From Asterias rubens (taxonomy: Eukaryota), in the NCBI RefSeq assembly GCF_902459465.1, contig NC_047072.1, positions 15,438,001-15,502,000 on the forward strand: a stretch of 64,000 nucleotides of DNA, written 5' to 3'. The notes under the pieces are model-generated. The model was not told where the DNA came from. It was given only the letters and a program-made list of their open reading frames with translations, and did no database searches. Within the stretch, counting starts at the first letter, position 1. The number at the start of each line of letters is the position of its first letter. The position numbers and the translations under genes are program-made. Positions 11,085 through 22,955 of this stretch are shown here, one piece after another.

Positions 11085-14000
11085 ATGAAAACTAAGCACA
11101 AAAAGTCCAAGAATAAATCTGCACAATCAAAGAACAAAGTTGTAATCCGTAACTATGACGAGACCCCCATGAAGTTCCGCTCCAAGATAGACCCACTGAA
11201 TCTCGAGGAACACAAGTTGGAATTCCTACAACACGGTCACATCTCGCAATTTCAGTTCAAGACATTCCATGATGATTCAACTGGTAGCAAAGATGGTCAG
11301 ATCAAATTTGATCTCCTTCCTGAGGCTACCCGCATCCTTGAGATGGTTCGGGAGGAGTTTGGGTGCGGAGATCGTTATATAGAGCAAGCATTTGGGCCAA
11401 GGATTGAAGTAGAGGAGGCATCTAATCTGATCGCTAGTTACCTGAAAGAAAGTGGATCTGAAGGAATGATGACCGTCAGTTGGAGCAAGGATCTGTCATG
11501 CAGGTGGGAATACAGCTCTAGTTTCACTAAGATCTTCTATTTCAATGTCTTATCCATCCTTTTACACACATCAGCTTGTTAAGTGTTCCTTCCACTAAGA
11601 AAAGGGAATTGTAGGAGCACCAAGAAACCTATATTTAGATTTTGCTTAATTAAATTACATTTGAATACTCAATAACAAAGGATTGAAATTCAAATACACT
11701 GCCTTCTCCCCAGTTGGTATTGTATTGTTTTTGTATACTGCAAGAAAAGGAATACCCTGTAGATTTTGAATTATTCAACAAAGTTAAAGGCTGATTATAC
11801 TTTTGGTAAAGTCAAAGACCATTATCCTCCATTGGTGTCTTCCTACTCCTAGAACTATGAGGTTCGTTCAGAGCTGATAGTGGAACGAACTCATAGTTCT
11901 AGGAGTAGTGTCTCCCAACATACATAAAATACCAAACCTTTGAAAATTTGGGCTCAATTGGTCATCGAAGTTGCGAGAATAAAATGAAAGAAAAAACTAC
12001 CTTGTTGCTTAGATATGTGTGTTTTCAGATTCCTGTGAAAGGCTTAATGCCCGAAGATTCAAATTCTATCAATGTTTAATAAAATGAACAGCTCTTCTCT
12101 TTACCAAATTCAAACTTGTGGAGTAGTATTCAAAAAGAATAACCTTCTTTCAAAGGAAGGTTGTACCGACACATCAGAAAGATGCCTATTAGTTCTTCTT
12201 TTTGTGATTTTGTTTCTTCCATTAGTGGTCAGATGTGTTGGCATGGTCCTTCTCTTCGATATAACCGGCCTGAGGCAAGGAAGTACTCCATGTGGATCAA
12301 GAACTCTAAAGATAATCTGTATCTTCGCAAGCATGGAATCCGCTGTCTAGCAAACCATGAAATTGCAACACACTTTGTATCCTTTTACATCTCCTAAAAG
12401 ATTATTTGTCAAAGTTTCATTATAGATGGATTCATTGCAACATTCAAGCAAAGCTTCTTTGTAGCACAATAATGAAGGATAGGATGTTAGTTTGATGAAG
12501 CATGACATAGTTATGTCTTAGTGTTTGACCATACAATATCATCCACTGTGGTTTGGAATGATAAAGGCAATTCTATGCCAACCTGCAATATGATATATCA
12601 TGTGGTGAATGCACCTACACAGTACACAATGTACACAGTCAACCCTCCTACTGTCTGACCATACAATATCATCCACTGTGGTTTGGAATGATAAAGGCAA
12701 TTCTATGCCAACCTGCAATATGATATATCATGTGGTGAATGCACCTACACAGTACACAATGTACACAGTCAACCCTCCTACTGTCTGACCATACAATATC
12801 ATCCACTGTGGTTTGGAATGATAAAGGCAATTCTATGCCAACCTGCAATATGATATATCATGTGGTGAATGCACCTACACAGTACACAATGTACACAGTC
12901 AACCCTCCTACTGTCTGACCATACAATATCATCCACTGTGGTTTGGAATGATAAAGGCAATTCTATGCCAACCTGCAATATGATAATTCATGTAGTGAAT
13001 GCACCTACACAGTACACAATGTACACAGTCAACCCTCCTACTGTCAGACCATTCAATATCATCCACCATTGGTTTGGAATGATAGATGCACTAGTTATGT
13101 CAACCTGCAATATGACATCAATTCAATTAAATTCAATATTTATTCGCCAGCATGAAAATCATTTCCTCTGTTTGCCTATATAACAATTTACAAATATTTA
13201 AGACAGCAGATAAACCGTTAAATAAGAACAAGACGCAGTTGGGTGAATGCACCTACACAGTACACAATGTACACAGTCAACCCTCCTACTGTCTGACCAT
13301 TCAATATCATCCACCATGGTTTTGAATGATAGATGAACAAAAAATCGCATATTAATTTAGAACACAGTTACTGAAATCAAAGAAAGCTGGATTTAATTGT
13401 GTAAGCTTTCAAGCCCAAGTAAGGGGAACATTTATGGGGAAGTTGATGGTTTAAGTAAGTGGTTTTTGTTTTAATTAACAAACTCATATCAATATCATTA
13501 TATCAAAGAATAGTTCCTTAACATTTGTTGCCAGTATCGATCATTGAATGATGGCCTACAACCTTGGTTTTCACATCGTCAGAGGTTTGGTCTTGGCAGC
13601 TTGAGCAGTTATACGTTAACAGAATCAGAAGAGGGCTTAGCATCGATCAACACAATGTTAGAAGCAAATCAGAAGTATCTCTACTTTCAAGCTTTGACAT
13701 ATTGTAAGTCTAGACAATATCACACTGCTCAATATCAATTGGTGTTTTAAGAGGTGTTGTAAGGGCATTTGCTTTCAGATGGTATGATATGGCCAGTTAA
13801 TTAGCTGGTCTCCCATTCTTAAACACCTGTGCTCATTTTCAGGTTATATCTTGAAACGTGGAAATAGGAGGGCAGATAGGGAAACTATTTTGGGCCTTGA
13901 CAATAACTGATTTCAGCACACAGTCAGAGTATGACATGAGAAAGATATTTGGCTATGGGGGCCATCCCAGATGTTATTTGGGGAAAACATGTAGAGTTTT

Positions 14001-15766
14001 AAAAATGGCTGCCATTCCCGTTGTAATCCCTTTTTTTCCAAGTGAATAATCTTTGATGAGTCTGTAGCCAATATCAAAGTCTGTAACAAACTCTGAGTGC
14101 CAATTTGCATGCTCGTATCAATAAAGGTGCACTCCGAGAATCAACCTGGCATATGAAAAGTATAATGTCTACAAGGGATCTTGATAGCCCATTAATCAGT
14201 ATAACATTCTTCTTTCCCGTTTAACAGATGTGGCGTGCAAAGCAACAGAGCTAACATTTCAAGAGTTATTTGATCATCTTGGCCAATACGTTGTCGACCA
14301 GGAGCTTAGATGGAAGTATGTCATGAGAGTAAAACGCTGCTTGCAGGATCCGGGCAGTGTAGGGGGTTATGGAAAAGACCAATGCTACTTTGCAGGTAAG
14401 ATATAAACAAACCCCTTGGGTATGATGTCACAAGCTTTAAACAGCGCCCTCACTGAGGTCAAAAGGAAAACTTATCATAGACCCCCTTGCATGTGACGTC
14501 AAACGCTCAAAAAAGCACCCTCATTACTGGGGTCAAAAAGCCCCTTCACTGGGGTCAAAGGAGGCAGATGATTGGAAGGTAGCTGTTCTTTGTGCGTCAA
14601 ACAGGCGCGGGACCCCAGCCTCCTTGTAGCACTTGGCGTTATGCAAGGGTCTTTTTGCTGATGATGGCGCGTTCTTGTATGTTTGTGTATCCACTGTTCC
14701 TCAGTGATGGCGGTTTATGCAAGAAATCTGTTCTGACAGCGTAAAATTGTCCAGTGATTCGTAGCATCTTTTGTTGTGTGTGAAGGGATGAGCAATTTGA
14801 GGTTTATCTTAGTAAGCATTAAATATGAAGTGTGGGCCTGAGAACACAAGAGGTCCACACAAGGCAGGGTTTTAGAAACACTATGTGGACTTACACATGT
14901 CCACACAGGGTTTTCACCAGTGTTGAAGAATAGTATTTGAAGACCCCAAAGTAAAGCATTGAAACTGCTCTAAAGACTACCTCTCTTCTGAAAATATTAA
15001 TTAATGATCTTTCCTTGCAGGTGCTGTGGACATTCTTCGTAATATTGACACTACAGATTTCCATCTGATGTATGCCGGCAAGATCAGCAGAGAGGAGATA
15101 CCTCGGATCAAACGTCTGGCTCGTCTTGATTTCATCAAGCTGCCAATATTCCTTCAGAATATGGAGTCCTACCGAAAACAGCTTAGACATATAGCTGTTG
15201 TCAATGGACTCATTCAGATCAAATCTGTTGGAAAATCTAGCCAGAAATCCTCACAGATGAGTAAGTTTGGCAAAAAGAAAGTTCCTCGACCTCCTTCAGC
15301 AATGTCTCACAGCTTACAGGAAAATTCAGATAAAGATGTTCGCTGTGCATCACAGACTTCATCAAGGTACACCCCGTCATCAAGACATTCTACCAAGACA
15401 AAGTCTAACACTAAACATGCCAACAAGAGCAGTAGTTGCCGCACAAAGAAGCAACCATCTCAGAGATCAGTATCACCACTGAGTGAATCAGAAAGCAAAA
15501 CGGTCGTCAAGATGATTTACATCACTAAGGAGGATAAGAAAGAGAAAGACAAGAAGCTATCATGGTGGTCGTCTAGATCCCCATCTCCTGTAAATGGTAA
15601 TGTACCAAGTGAGGATAGGATGACTGCCGTTAGCCCGGTGCCATATTCACCTCACCGATGGCTGCTAAGGAGACGTAATAGAACATCACCCAATACTTTA
15701 GGGAGAGTTAATGAAACCAAAGATAATGCTAGGTCTACCTCACAACATCCTCTTTTAAAGATATGA
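11085..15766 (+). CDS. MATCAP: MATCAP/KIAA0895-family microtubule-associated tyrosine carboxypeptidase (DUF1704 metallopeptidase), 5 coding exons, 550 aa
   Basis: Exons 11085-11503, 12226-12376, 13535-13703, 14228-14395 and 15021-15766, GT-AG with compatible phases, sum to 1653 nt. Motifs: HEIATHFYRSLNDGLQPW (HExxxH), SEEGLASI, TFQELFDHL..YV.D...RWKYVMRVKR, GGYGKDQCYFAG, DFHLMYAGKIS. An in-frame stop lies upstream of ATG 11085. MATCAP1 versus MATCAP2 is not resolved. Confidence 0.88.
11844..11907. mobile_element. 64-bp hairpin micro-MITE with 9-bp TSD
   Basis: gtgtcttcc|tactcctagaactatgag...ctcatagttctaggagta|gtgtctccc (TSD 8/9 match). Confidence 0.75.
11935..12170 (-). mobile_element. Partial copy of the ~380-bp TTAA-flanked MITE family
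   Basis: Reverse-complement similarity to the internal part of 18651-19017 (caaaccttgtgaaaattt...ggtcatcgaagttgcgaga). Confidence 0.55.
12526..13120. repeat. 130-bp tandem repeat (4 copies plus a degenerate fifth) in MATCAP intron 2
   Basis: Units start at 12526, 12656, 12786, 12916 and 13046. A detached partial copy lies at ~13243-13335. Confidence 0.95.
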
Positions 15767-16699
15767 CTTCTCACAGTTTCAAAACCTATGTAGTTTCTAT
15801 GTCATTCTGTAGTCAAATTGGATGTAACAACTTTTCTCACAACTATTTCTCTCAGTGATGCTGATTGCTGAGATGGTATGTCAACTCCTTAGTTTCAGTA
15901 AGTTGTCTTGGCAACAAATCAACACATTCCACACAATCAGTGGACTAGGCAAGACAAGTATTTCTTGTATAGTCAGATTGCGTTAACTTGTTCTCAAGAA
16001 CCTGTCTTGCTATTTATTCTGGATTTATTCTCCTATTTATTCTCTCAACATTTCAATCAGTACGCCTATGCTCTGATCATCTTCAAGGCATGTGTAAAAA
16101 TGCCTGCCACGACTTGTAGGATTTGAGACTTTGGCAACTTCTTCAAGCCTTTTTTATATTTATTTCTTTACTTCAGAAATTTTTTGGCACCACATCTTTT
16201 AATTTTCTCTAATTTGATTCAAAAATTTTGTTTCTGTACATTGTCTTTGTTAACATCCTTTGAGCATAGAGAAAGGTAGTCTAACCTAACTCCATGCTTT
16301 AACAAGCAATACATTCTTCAAGTTAATTTCTGATACTCAGGATGTTTTTGTACTGATGTAAAGCAATCAATTTACCATACTGTTATGTTATGATTATTTT
16401 ATCACAATATTAATTTAAGTTTCTACTGCAGTAAAAGCAGGGCCCAGTTTAATAGAGCTGGTTCAACAGACAAAGGTGCTTTAGAAGCAGCTCTATGAAA
16501 TTGGACTCCATAGAGCTGTTCCATAGAGATGTATCTATAGTGAACACATTTGTCATTTAGAAGCAGAAAAATCCACGCAATACATATTGATTGGCATATT
16601 TACATTTTGTGCAGATATTTTGTTTTGCGATTGTGTTGGTGTATTTCAAGGTTGGACTGCGACTGAGGATTATTCTTTATATGGGATCAGGCAGGGTGT

Positions 16700-18085
16700 C
16701 GAGTTACCATATGGTGTTGGGTTATGTTAGAATAAATCACTCATGGGTGATAAGGGCTGGCATACCACCATAATCAGAGTCCAACAGTTTGGGTGCTGAG
16801 TTACCATATGGTGTTGGGTTTTGTTAGAGTGTGGAAGGATCTTAATAAATCACTCATGAGATCAGGCTTACCACCATAATCAGAGTCCAACAGTTTGGCT
16901 GCTGAGTTACCATAATGGTGTATGGTTTTGTTAGAGTGTGGAAGGATCTTAATAAATCACTCATGGGATCAGGCAAACCACCATAATCAGAGTCCAACAG
17001 TTTGGCTGCTGAGTTACCATATGGTGTATGGTTTTGTTAGAGTGTGGAAGTATCCTAGTAAATCACTCATGAGATCAGGCTTACCACCATAATCAGAGTC
17101 TAACTGTTTGGCTGCTGAGTTACCATATGGTGTATGGTTTTGTTAGAGTGTGGAAGTATCCTAGTAAATCACTCATGAGATCAGGCTTACCACCATAATC
17201 AGAGTCCAACAGTTTGGCTGCTGAGTTACCATATGGTGTATGGTTTTGTAAGAGTGTGGAAGTATCCTAGTAAATCACTCATGAGATCAGGCTTACCACC
17301 ATAATCAGAGTCCAACAGTTTGGCTGCTGAGTTACCATATGGTGTATGGTTTTGTTAGAGTGTGGAAGGATCTTAATAAATCACTCATGGGATCAGACAT
17401 CCCACTATAATCAGAGTCTAACTGTTTGGCTGCTGAGTTACCATATGGTGTATGGTTTTGTTAGAGTGTGGAAGTATCCTAGTAAATCACTCATGAGATC
17501 AGGCTTACCACCATAATCAGAGTCTAACTGTTTGGCTGCTGAGTTACCATATGGTGTATGGTTTTGTTAGAGTGTGGAAGTATCCTAGTAAATCACTCAT
17601 GAGATCAGGCTTACCACCATAATCAGAGTCCAACAGTTTGGCTGCTGAGTTACCATATGGTGTATGGTTTTGTTAGAGTGTGGAAGTATCCTAGTAAATC
17701 ACTCATGAGATCAGGCTTACCACCATAATCAGAGTCCAACAGTTTGGCTGCTGAGTTACCATATGGTGTATGGTTTTGTTAGAGTGTGGAAGGATCTTAA
17801 TAAATCACTCATGGGATCAGACATCCCACTATAATCAGAGTCTAACTGTTTGGCTGCTGAGTTACCATATGGTGTATGGTTTTGTTAGAGTGTGGAAGTA
17901 TCCTAGTAAATCACTCATGAGATCAGGCTTACCACCATAATCAGAGTCTAACTGTTTGGCTGTTGAGTTACCATATGGTGTATGGTTTTGTTAGAGTGTG
18001 GAAGGATCCTAGTAAATCACTCGTGGGATCAGGCAAACCACCATACTCAGAGTCCAACAGTTTGGGTGCTGAGTTTACCATATGA
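16700..18085. repeat. 106-bp tandem repeat, ~13 copies
   Basis: Unit gctgagttaccatatggtgtatggttttgttagagtgtggaag...cagtttggct recurs every 106 bp (e.g. 17008, 17114, 17220). Confidence 0.97.
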
Positions 18086-18650
18086 AATACCAGAATGTTT
18101 ATTCCTTCATCTTGGGGCGATGTTTCTGTTTATCGTGTCACTAGAAAATGTATATTTTGTCTTTTAACTAAACCTATTGAATCGTGAAGTGTGTGAATTC
18201 AAATTATACATTCTGTACTCTCTTAGCCATCGGGTCAGCTATAAGCTTACATTAACTTATTGGAAAATTAAAAAGAAATTCTAGATTTTTTTTTTTGATA
18301 GCTCATATTTAGATTAGTCAATTTTTGTCTTTTCATCTGCTTTGAATATCCGTTGAATCTTGCCTAAAATATTATTTATAACTAAATTAGAAAATAGCAT
18401 TTGCTGTTGCAAACTGTTTACCAACCGAGAGGATCTGTGGTATAAATGTAAACACAATAGCAGAGTCTTTCTATAATTAGATAATAATACATGCAGTGTG
18501 TGTGATATTAAACAAGTCAGGTTATTCTAAGGTTTCTAGTTGGTAATAAGTTGCAAGGCCTCTTTGAGGAAATTTACTTATCTTGCTGTTTAATTTTGAC
18601 TAATTTTGTTCTTCAAATGAAGATAGAAACCCACACTTTGGGAAGTAAGG

Positions 18651-19017
18651 TTAAAGGCAGTGGACACTAATGGTAATTACTCAAAATAATTATTGTCATA
18701 AAACCTTTCTTCATTACGAGTAATGGGGAGAGGTTGATAGTATAAAACATTGTGAGAAACAGCTCCCTTTGAAGTGACGTAGTTTTCGAGAAAGAAGTAT
18801 TTTAGAATTTGAGGTATCGAAATCAAGCATCTGAAAGCACACAACTTCATGTGACCATGGTGCGCCAAGGGTGTTTTTTCTTTCATTAATAATAATATCT
18901 CGCAACTTCGATGACCGATTGAGTTCAAATTTTCACAGGTTTGTTATTTTATGCATGTTGAGATACACCAACTGTGAAGACTAGTCTATGACAATTACCA
19001 AGTGTCCAGCGTCTTTA
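18651..19017. mobile_element. TTAA-flanked MITE (Kolobok-like, AG...CT termini)
   Basis: TTAA|AGGCAGTGGACACT...GTGTCCAGCGTCT|TTAA. Same family as 41289-41688 and the degenerate copy at ~53290-53650. Confidence 0.8.
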
Positions 19018-19019
19018 AC

Positions 19020-19400
19020 CATGTATAAATCTCTATTGGGACGAGTGTTGGCTTTGAGAAGATTTGTTGCTGTGTGGTCTCACTGTTTCAAACAGTATCT
19101 TGTCTTGAGGAGTTGTCTTGAGGAGACTACTTTAGGTTGCAGCAAGGGCTGGAGGAATGCACAGGGTAGACCGTTAGAGGTCTAGCAATCTCCTGAAGAT
19201 GAGCAGAGTATACTTGTATCAAATTGTCAAGATCACAACCGCTCTTTTCAGAGCCATCACTCCTCCAAAAGAGATTTACGCATGGTTGACAAGCTTATTA
19301 GTGATAGTTTGTCCACAGCCTGCAAAGCTTCAAACATCACTGATACAACCACACCCTGGTGGCGAGGGTAGTTAAATGCAAAGATTGGTCAAACTTCCGT
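19020..19400. repeat. Degenerate dispersed repeat, homologous to ~29480-29690
   Basis: Shared block c(a/c)gctcttttcagagcca(c/t)cactcct(t/c)caaaagagat at ~19240 and ~29620. Possibly a retroelement relic; class not determined. Confidence 0.45.
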
Positions 19401-19984
19401 TTTATTGTCATTGATTCCAATCAAACATGAGAAAATGTTTGTTTCAACAAACCTTGGAAAATTTGCTTTTGTGCCATTTGAAAGACAATTTTGGGAGAGA
19501 TGAACTTTTCACATTAAAACTACATTGTTTTGAAAAATATATCTTTAACAAAATTTACTTGTCCAAATGCTTTTTAGACATTAAATGTTACAACACAATT
19601 TGCCTTTCTGTAGAAGATTTTTATTTTAGTTTATTTCCAGTGTGCTCATAATAATAATGAAAAGTGTGAACTATACAGGAACAAAAATAAACTCGGATGC
19701 AAGTTTTATTTGAGAAACATTCTACGTCCATTTTTATTGAAGTGTAATAACAAAAGTTCTTTACCAAAAACCCAATGTAATTAAACTTTTTAATCTAAGC
19801 AGTTACTATATATTGATTACATTTTATTAATGCATAATCTAAATTTTGACAATTTTGAGGGCATTCACTTTTACAAACAATGAATGTTTGCATTCGTGCA
19901 ATGATGAGAATTGATTCATAAGTTGATAGATGGAATGCTTCAAAGGCGAGCTAAGCTGAATGGAACATTCCATCTATCATCTCA

Positions 19985-20277
19985 ACAGTCATTGCTTTCT
20001 GCTACTAGAGCTTCTTCCATTTTTTATGGCCACAGATCTTTTTCTTACGCAGCACCGTTTCTTTGGAATAGTCTTCCAGTGCATATTCGCCAAACTAATA
20101 CTTTACAATGTTTTAAGTCCTTGTTGAAAACTCATTTGTTTAAAGCTTCTTTTTTGTAATTTGCCTATTTGTATCTTGTATCTTTCTCTATTTGTTTATT
20201 TTATTGTTTCTTTAATGCGCTTAGAGGCTTTTGCATTAGGCGCTTTACAAATGTCTTATTATTATTATTATTATTAT
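19985..20277 (+). mobile_element. 5'-truncated L2-type LINE fragment
   Basis: Encodes [38 protein letters not shown], a typical L2 ORF2 C-terminus, followed by a short 3' UTR and (TAT)n tail. Confidence 0.8.
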
Positions 20278-21231
20278 CAACAAATTGAAATATTTTCTTT
20301 ATTGTACAAATGCAAAACATTTATTATTTATTTAATAAAACACCCAGGAAGATCTTTGTCATTTGAAGGACAAACCAAAGCTCAAAATGTTCAAGATATC
20401 GCTGAAAAACAGGCGAATAGTCTAAGCAGGAAGAACAATCCCAAATACACAATCTGAGACAGATTCAAATTAAATATTGGCCATAAAAACTAACAGTTTT
20501 TATTGCCATTAATTTTATGAGTGATTATGTAAAAAACTAACAGTCAAATGTCTGGCTTCAAAAATCTTCCAAGTTCACTGTACGAAAATAATAAAACTAA
20601 AGCAAGCAATTTACTTTAATTTATAAGCAAATCAACATTTCAAGGTTGTGCACACTATTGACAAGATTGAAAATATAAATGTTCCCATAACATAATATAA
20701 ATGTTCCCATAACTTTTGCCTGAAATGCTACCACTTTTGAGAAATGAGAAGAAAAAAAAACTGAACAAGTTTCTCGTTACTCCGATGACAAACTGAGTAA
20801 CTTTCACAGGTTTCTTATTAATTTATATGTGGGTGACGTGGGTCACATAAAGTGGGAATACTGGTCTATGACAATATTGTCCACGGTCTTTAATATACAA
20901 ACATTTTGTGCAATTCAATTAAAACATATGAAACACTTACTTGTAATAAGCATACACTGCAAAATCGTAACTCTTGTTTATTGGCCAAAAGTCTACCCTG
21001 TAGGTCCAAAAATAGCGTGCAAAGAAAAACAGACAACGTTTAATAACATTTCTGTAATATTGAAGATATTAGAAGTTCCTACTTAATTATCCATGCCCAA
21101 ATTATCCCTTTAACTGAAACAATAGTTTGTCTTCACAAATCAAAGTCATTCTTCCTTAATCCCTTTCCTGTACAGTTCAGCCATCATATGATGAGTATAT
21201 GACGCACTGTAAATTGAAGCAAATTTAGTAA

Positions 21232-21348
21232 TAAGTGTTTTGCCCAAGGACACACAAGTGTCATGACCAGGATTTAAACCCACACTCCAGTGAATTAGTC
21301 TCCAGAACTTGAGTTTGATGCATGCGCTAAACTACTCAGCCAAGATAC
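21232..21348 (-). mobile_element. tRNA-derived SINE relic
   Basis: Reverse complement gtgggtttaaatcctggtcatgacacttgtgtgtccttgggcaaaacactt, homologous to ~46050-46330. Confidence 0.6.
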
Positions 21349-21363
21349 AGTACCATTCATCCT

Positions 21364-21650
21364 CTAGAATGCTTCTGAAACAGCAGCCCCAGCTGCTGCA
21401 CCAGCCACAGCTGCTGCAGCAGTACCTGCAGCTCCTAACCCTGCAGCTCCAGCTGACTGCAGAACAGCCACTGCACTTCCTGCTGCAATACCGCCACCAT
21501 TTGCAATTGCTGCAGTAGACATCATGCCTGCTGCGTAGGATCCTGCTGCTATTCCACCTGATGTAAATCCTACAGCAGGGAGTATTACTGGAGCTGCGAC
21601 TACAGCAAGTAATCCGCAAAAACCCATTGCTAGGAAACCGCCTAAAGATC
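21364..21650 (-). CDS. IFI27: ISG12 (IFI6/IFI27-family) protein, copy 1, main exon
   Basis: ISG12 motif [48 protein letters not shown]. Acceptor ttccag at 21651 (phase 1), in-exon ATG at 21627, stop TAG at 21364. Candidate exon 1 is 22878-22773. The symbol is family-level. Confidence 0.9.
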
Positions 21651-22244
21651 CTGGAATAAACACAAAAGAAATTAAACTGTTTTAGGCTTGCATGGATGAC
21701 TTGGAAATCAAGTTACAAGTGCTCTGTGTGATGATAAGTGTTTTTGAAAAGGCTGTTGTGTTCTTCCCACCTTTCCAATGATGATTTCGATTGGGTATCA
21801 CTTTTTACATAATTTTTAATGCAAACCATTACCCAGTTTAAAAACTTACTTTATAAAGCAGATTTTGATTACACATTTTGCATGACATCATTCATCAATT
21901 TAAAAAAAAATAAATAAATGCTCACTGAGCGATAAACTCCATGCAGCCATCAATGAGGGTTAAAAGTGGAAAGGTGTTCCCAAGTATGGGCCAAGCACTA
22001 CTCTAGCTGCAGGTCTTTGGTGACTTTTAGTGAGGATCTATTTGGGTTTGTCGTGATGTCAAATCATTTTGACAAATGCCAGGGGTTTGTCTCATGTTTA
22101 CACAAATTACTTACTTGTTTCAGTTCCAGGATGGGTGACCTTATCCTCATAACTGACATCATCCTCAAAACTGACCTGTTAGACAAATAATCCACAAGGG
22201 GAAATTGACTGGGTTTGTTATGATTTGGGGGTTGATAGAAAGAT

Positions 22245-22312
22245 TTACTAGAGCGAGATCTGAACCAACGACCTCTGGATTAACTTGGCAGTGCTCTACC
22301 AGCTGAGATTCT
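22245..22312 (-). mobile_element. tRNA-derived SINE head
   Basis: Reverse complement ctcagctggtagagcactgcc...gaggtcgttggttcagatc has A-box-like and B-box-like motifs but no complete cloverleaf. Confidence 0.55.
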
Positions 22313-22561
22313 CTCGGGCGGCAAATATGACAATCTGGTCCAACACGTATAATTTCGACAGCTGGTCACCAGATTTGCCCAATTTTTACCACTTTCAAAA
22401 ATCATGACACAAATTCTAAGGGCACGAACTTAATCCTCAATGTCTATAATGAACACTCAAAACACCATTGAGAAAATATTTTTGGAGAAAAAGGAACAAA
22501 AACTTACCAGATCCCGGAGCGAATTCCCAGGTTTTTTTACACTGATTAACATCCATATCAT

Positions 22562-22682
22562 CTAGACCCACTTAGGGGCGCTAGATTCCCTTTTTTCGAA
22601 ATTTTGACATTATCGGTCATCTGTCGATTATCGGTTAAATTTCGGGAAAAAAACAGGAATCTAGCGCCCAAGTTACTGAGTA
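22562..22682. mobile_element. Foldback MITE family B
   Basis: tagacccacttaggggcgctagattccc...ggaatctagcgccccaagttac; related to 5883-6048. Confidence 0.65.
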
Positions 22683-22706
22683 TCAATTGTCTGATAATGC
22701 ATACAA

Positions 22707-22838
22707 GGAAAAGTTTCCGTATGGCGCCACCACTTTTTCATTCGATATAAAATAATATAGGAACTTATTTACCTGATTGATATATCCCTTTTTGTAAAAA
22801 TGAGTGAAAAAGTGGTGGCGCCATACGGAAAGTTATCC
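22707..22838. mobile_element. Foldback MITE family A, interrupting the putative exon 1 of ISG12 copy 1
   Basis: ggaaaagtttccgtatggcgccaccacttttt...aaaaagtggtggcgccatacggaaagttatcc. Confidence 0.85.
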
Positions 22839-22945
22839 GAATAAAAATGAGCTTGGTTTTTGCATCAAGTTTAGCCATTTTAACGTCCACTGCTTACACC
22901 TCCAGCGATCTGCGCCTGCGCATAGTAAAAAAAAAAAACACTGGC

Positions 22946-22955
22946 GGGAATTCCC
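22946..22955. promoter_or_regulatory. NF-kB (kappaB) consensus site GGGAATTCCC upstream of ISG12 copy 1
   Basis: Perfect palindromic GGGRNWYYCC match 68 bp upstream of putative ATG 22878. The context ggga(a/t)tcccc-ttgtgagaaat is shared with copy 2. Confidence 0.55.

Noticed and set aside
22245-22312. Possible tRNA gene
   Set aside because: Only A- and B-box-like motifs; no complete acceptor stem or anticodon arm, so treated as a SINE head.
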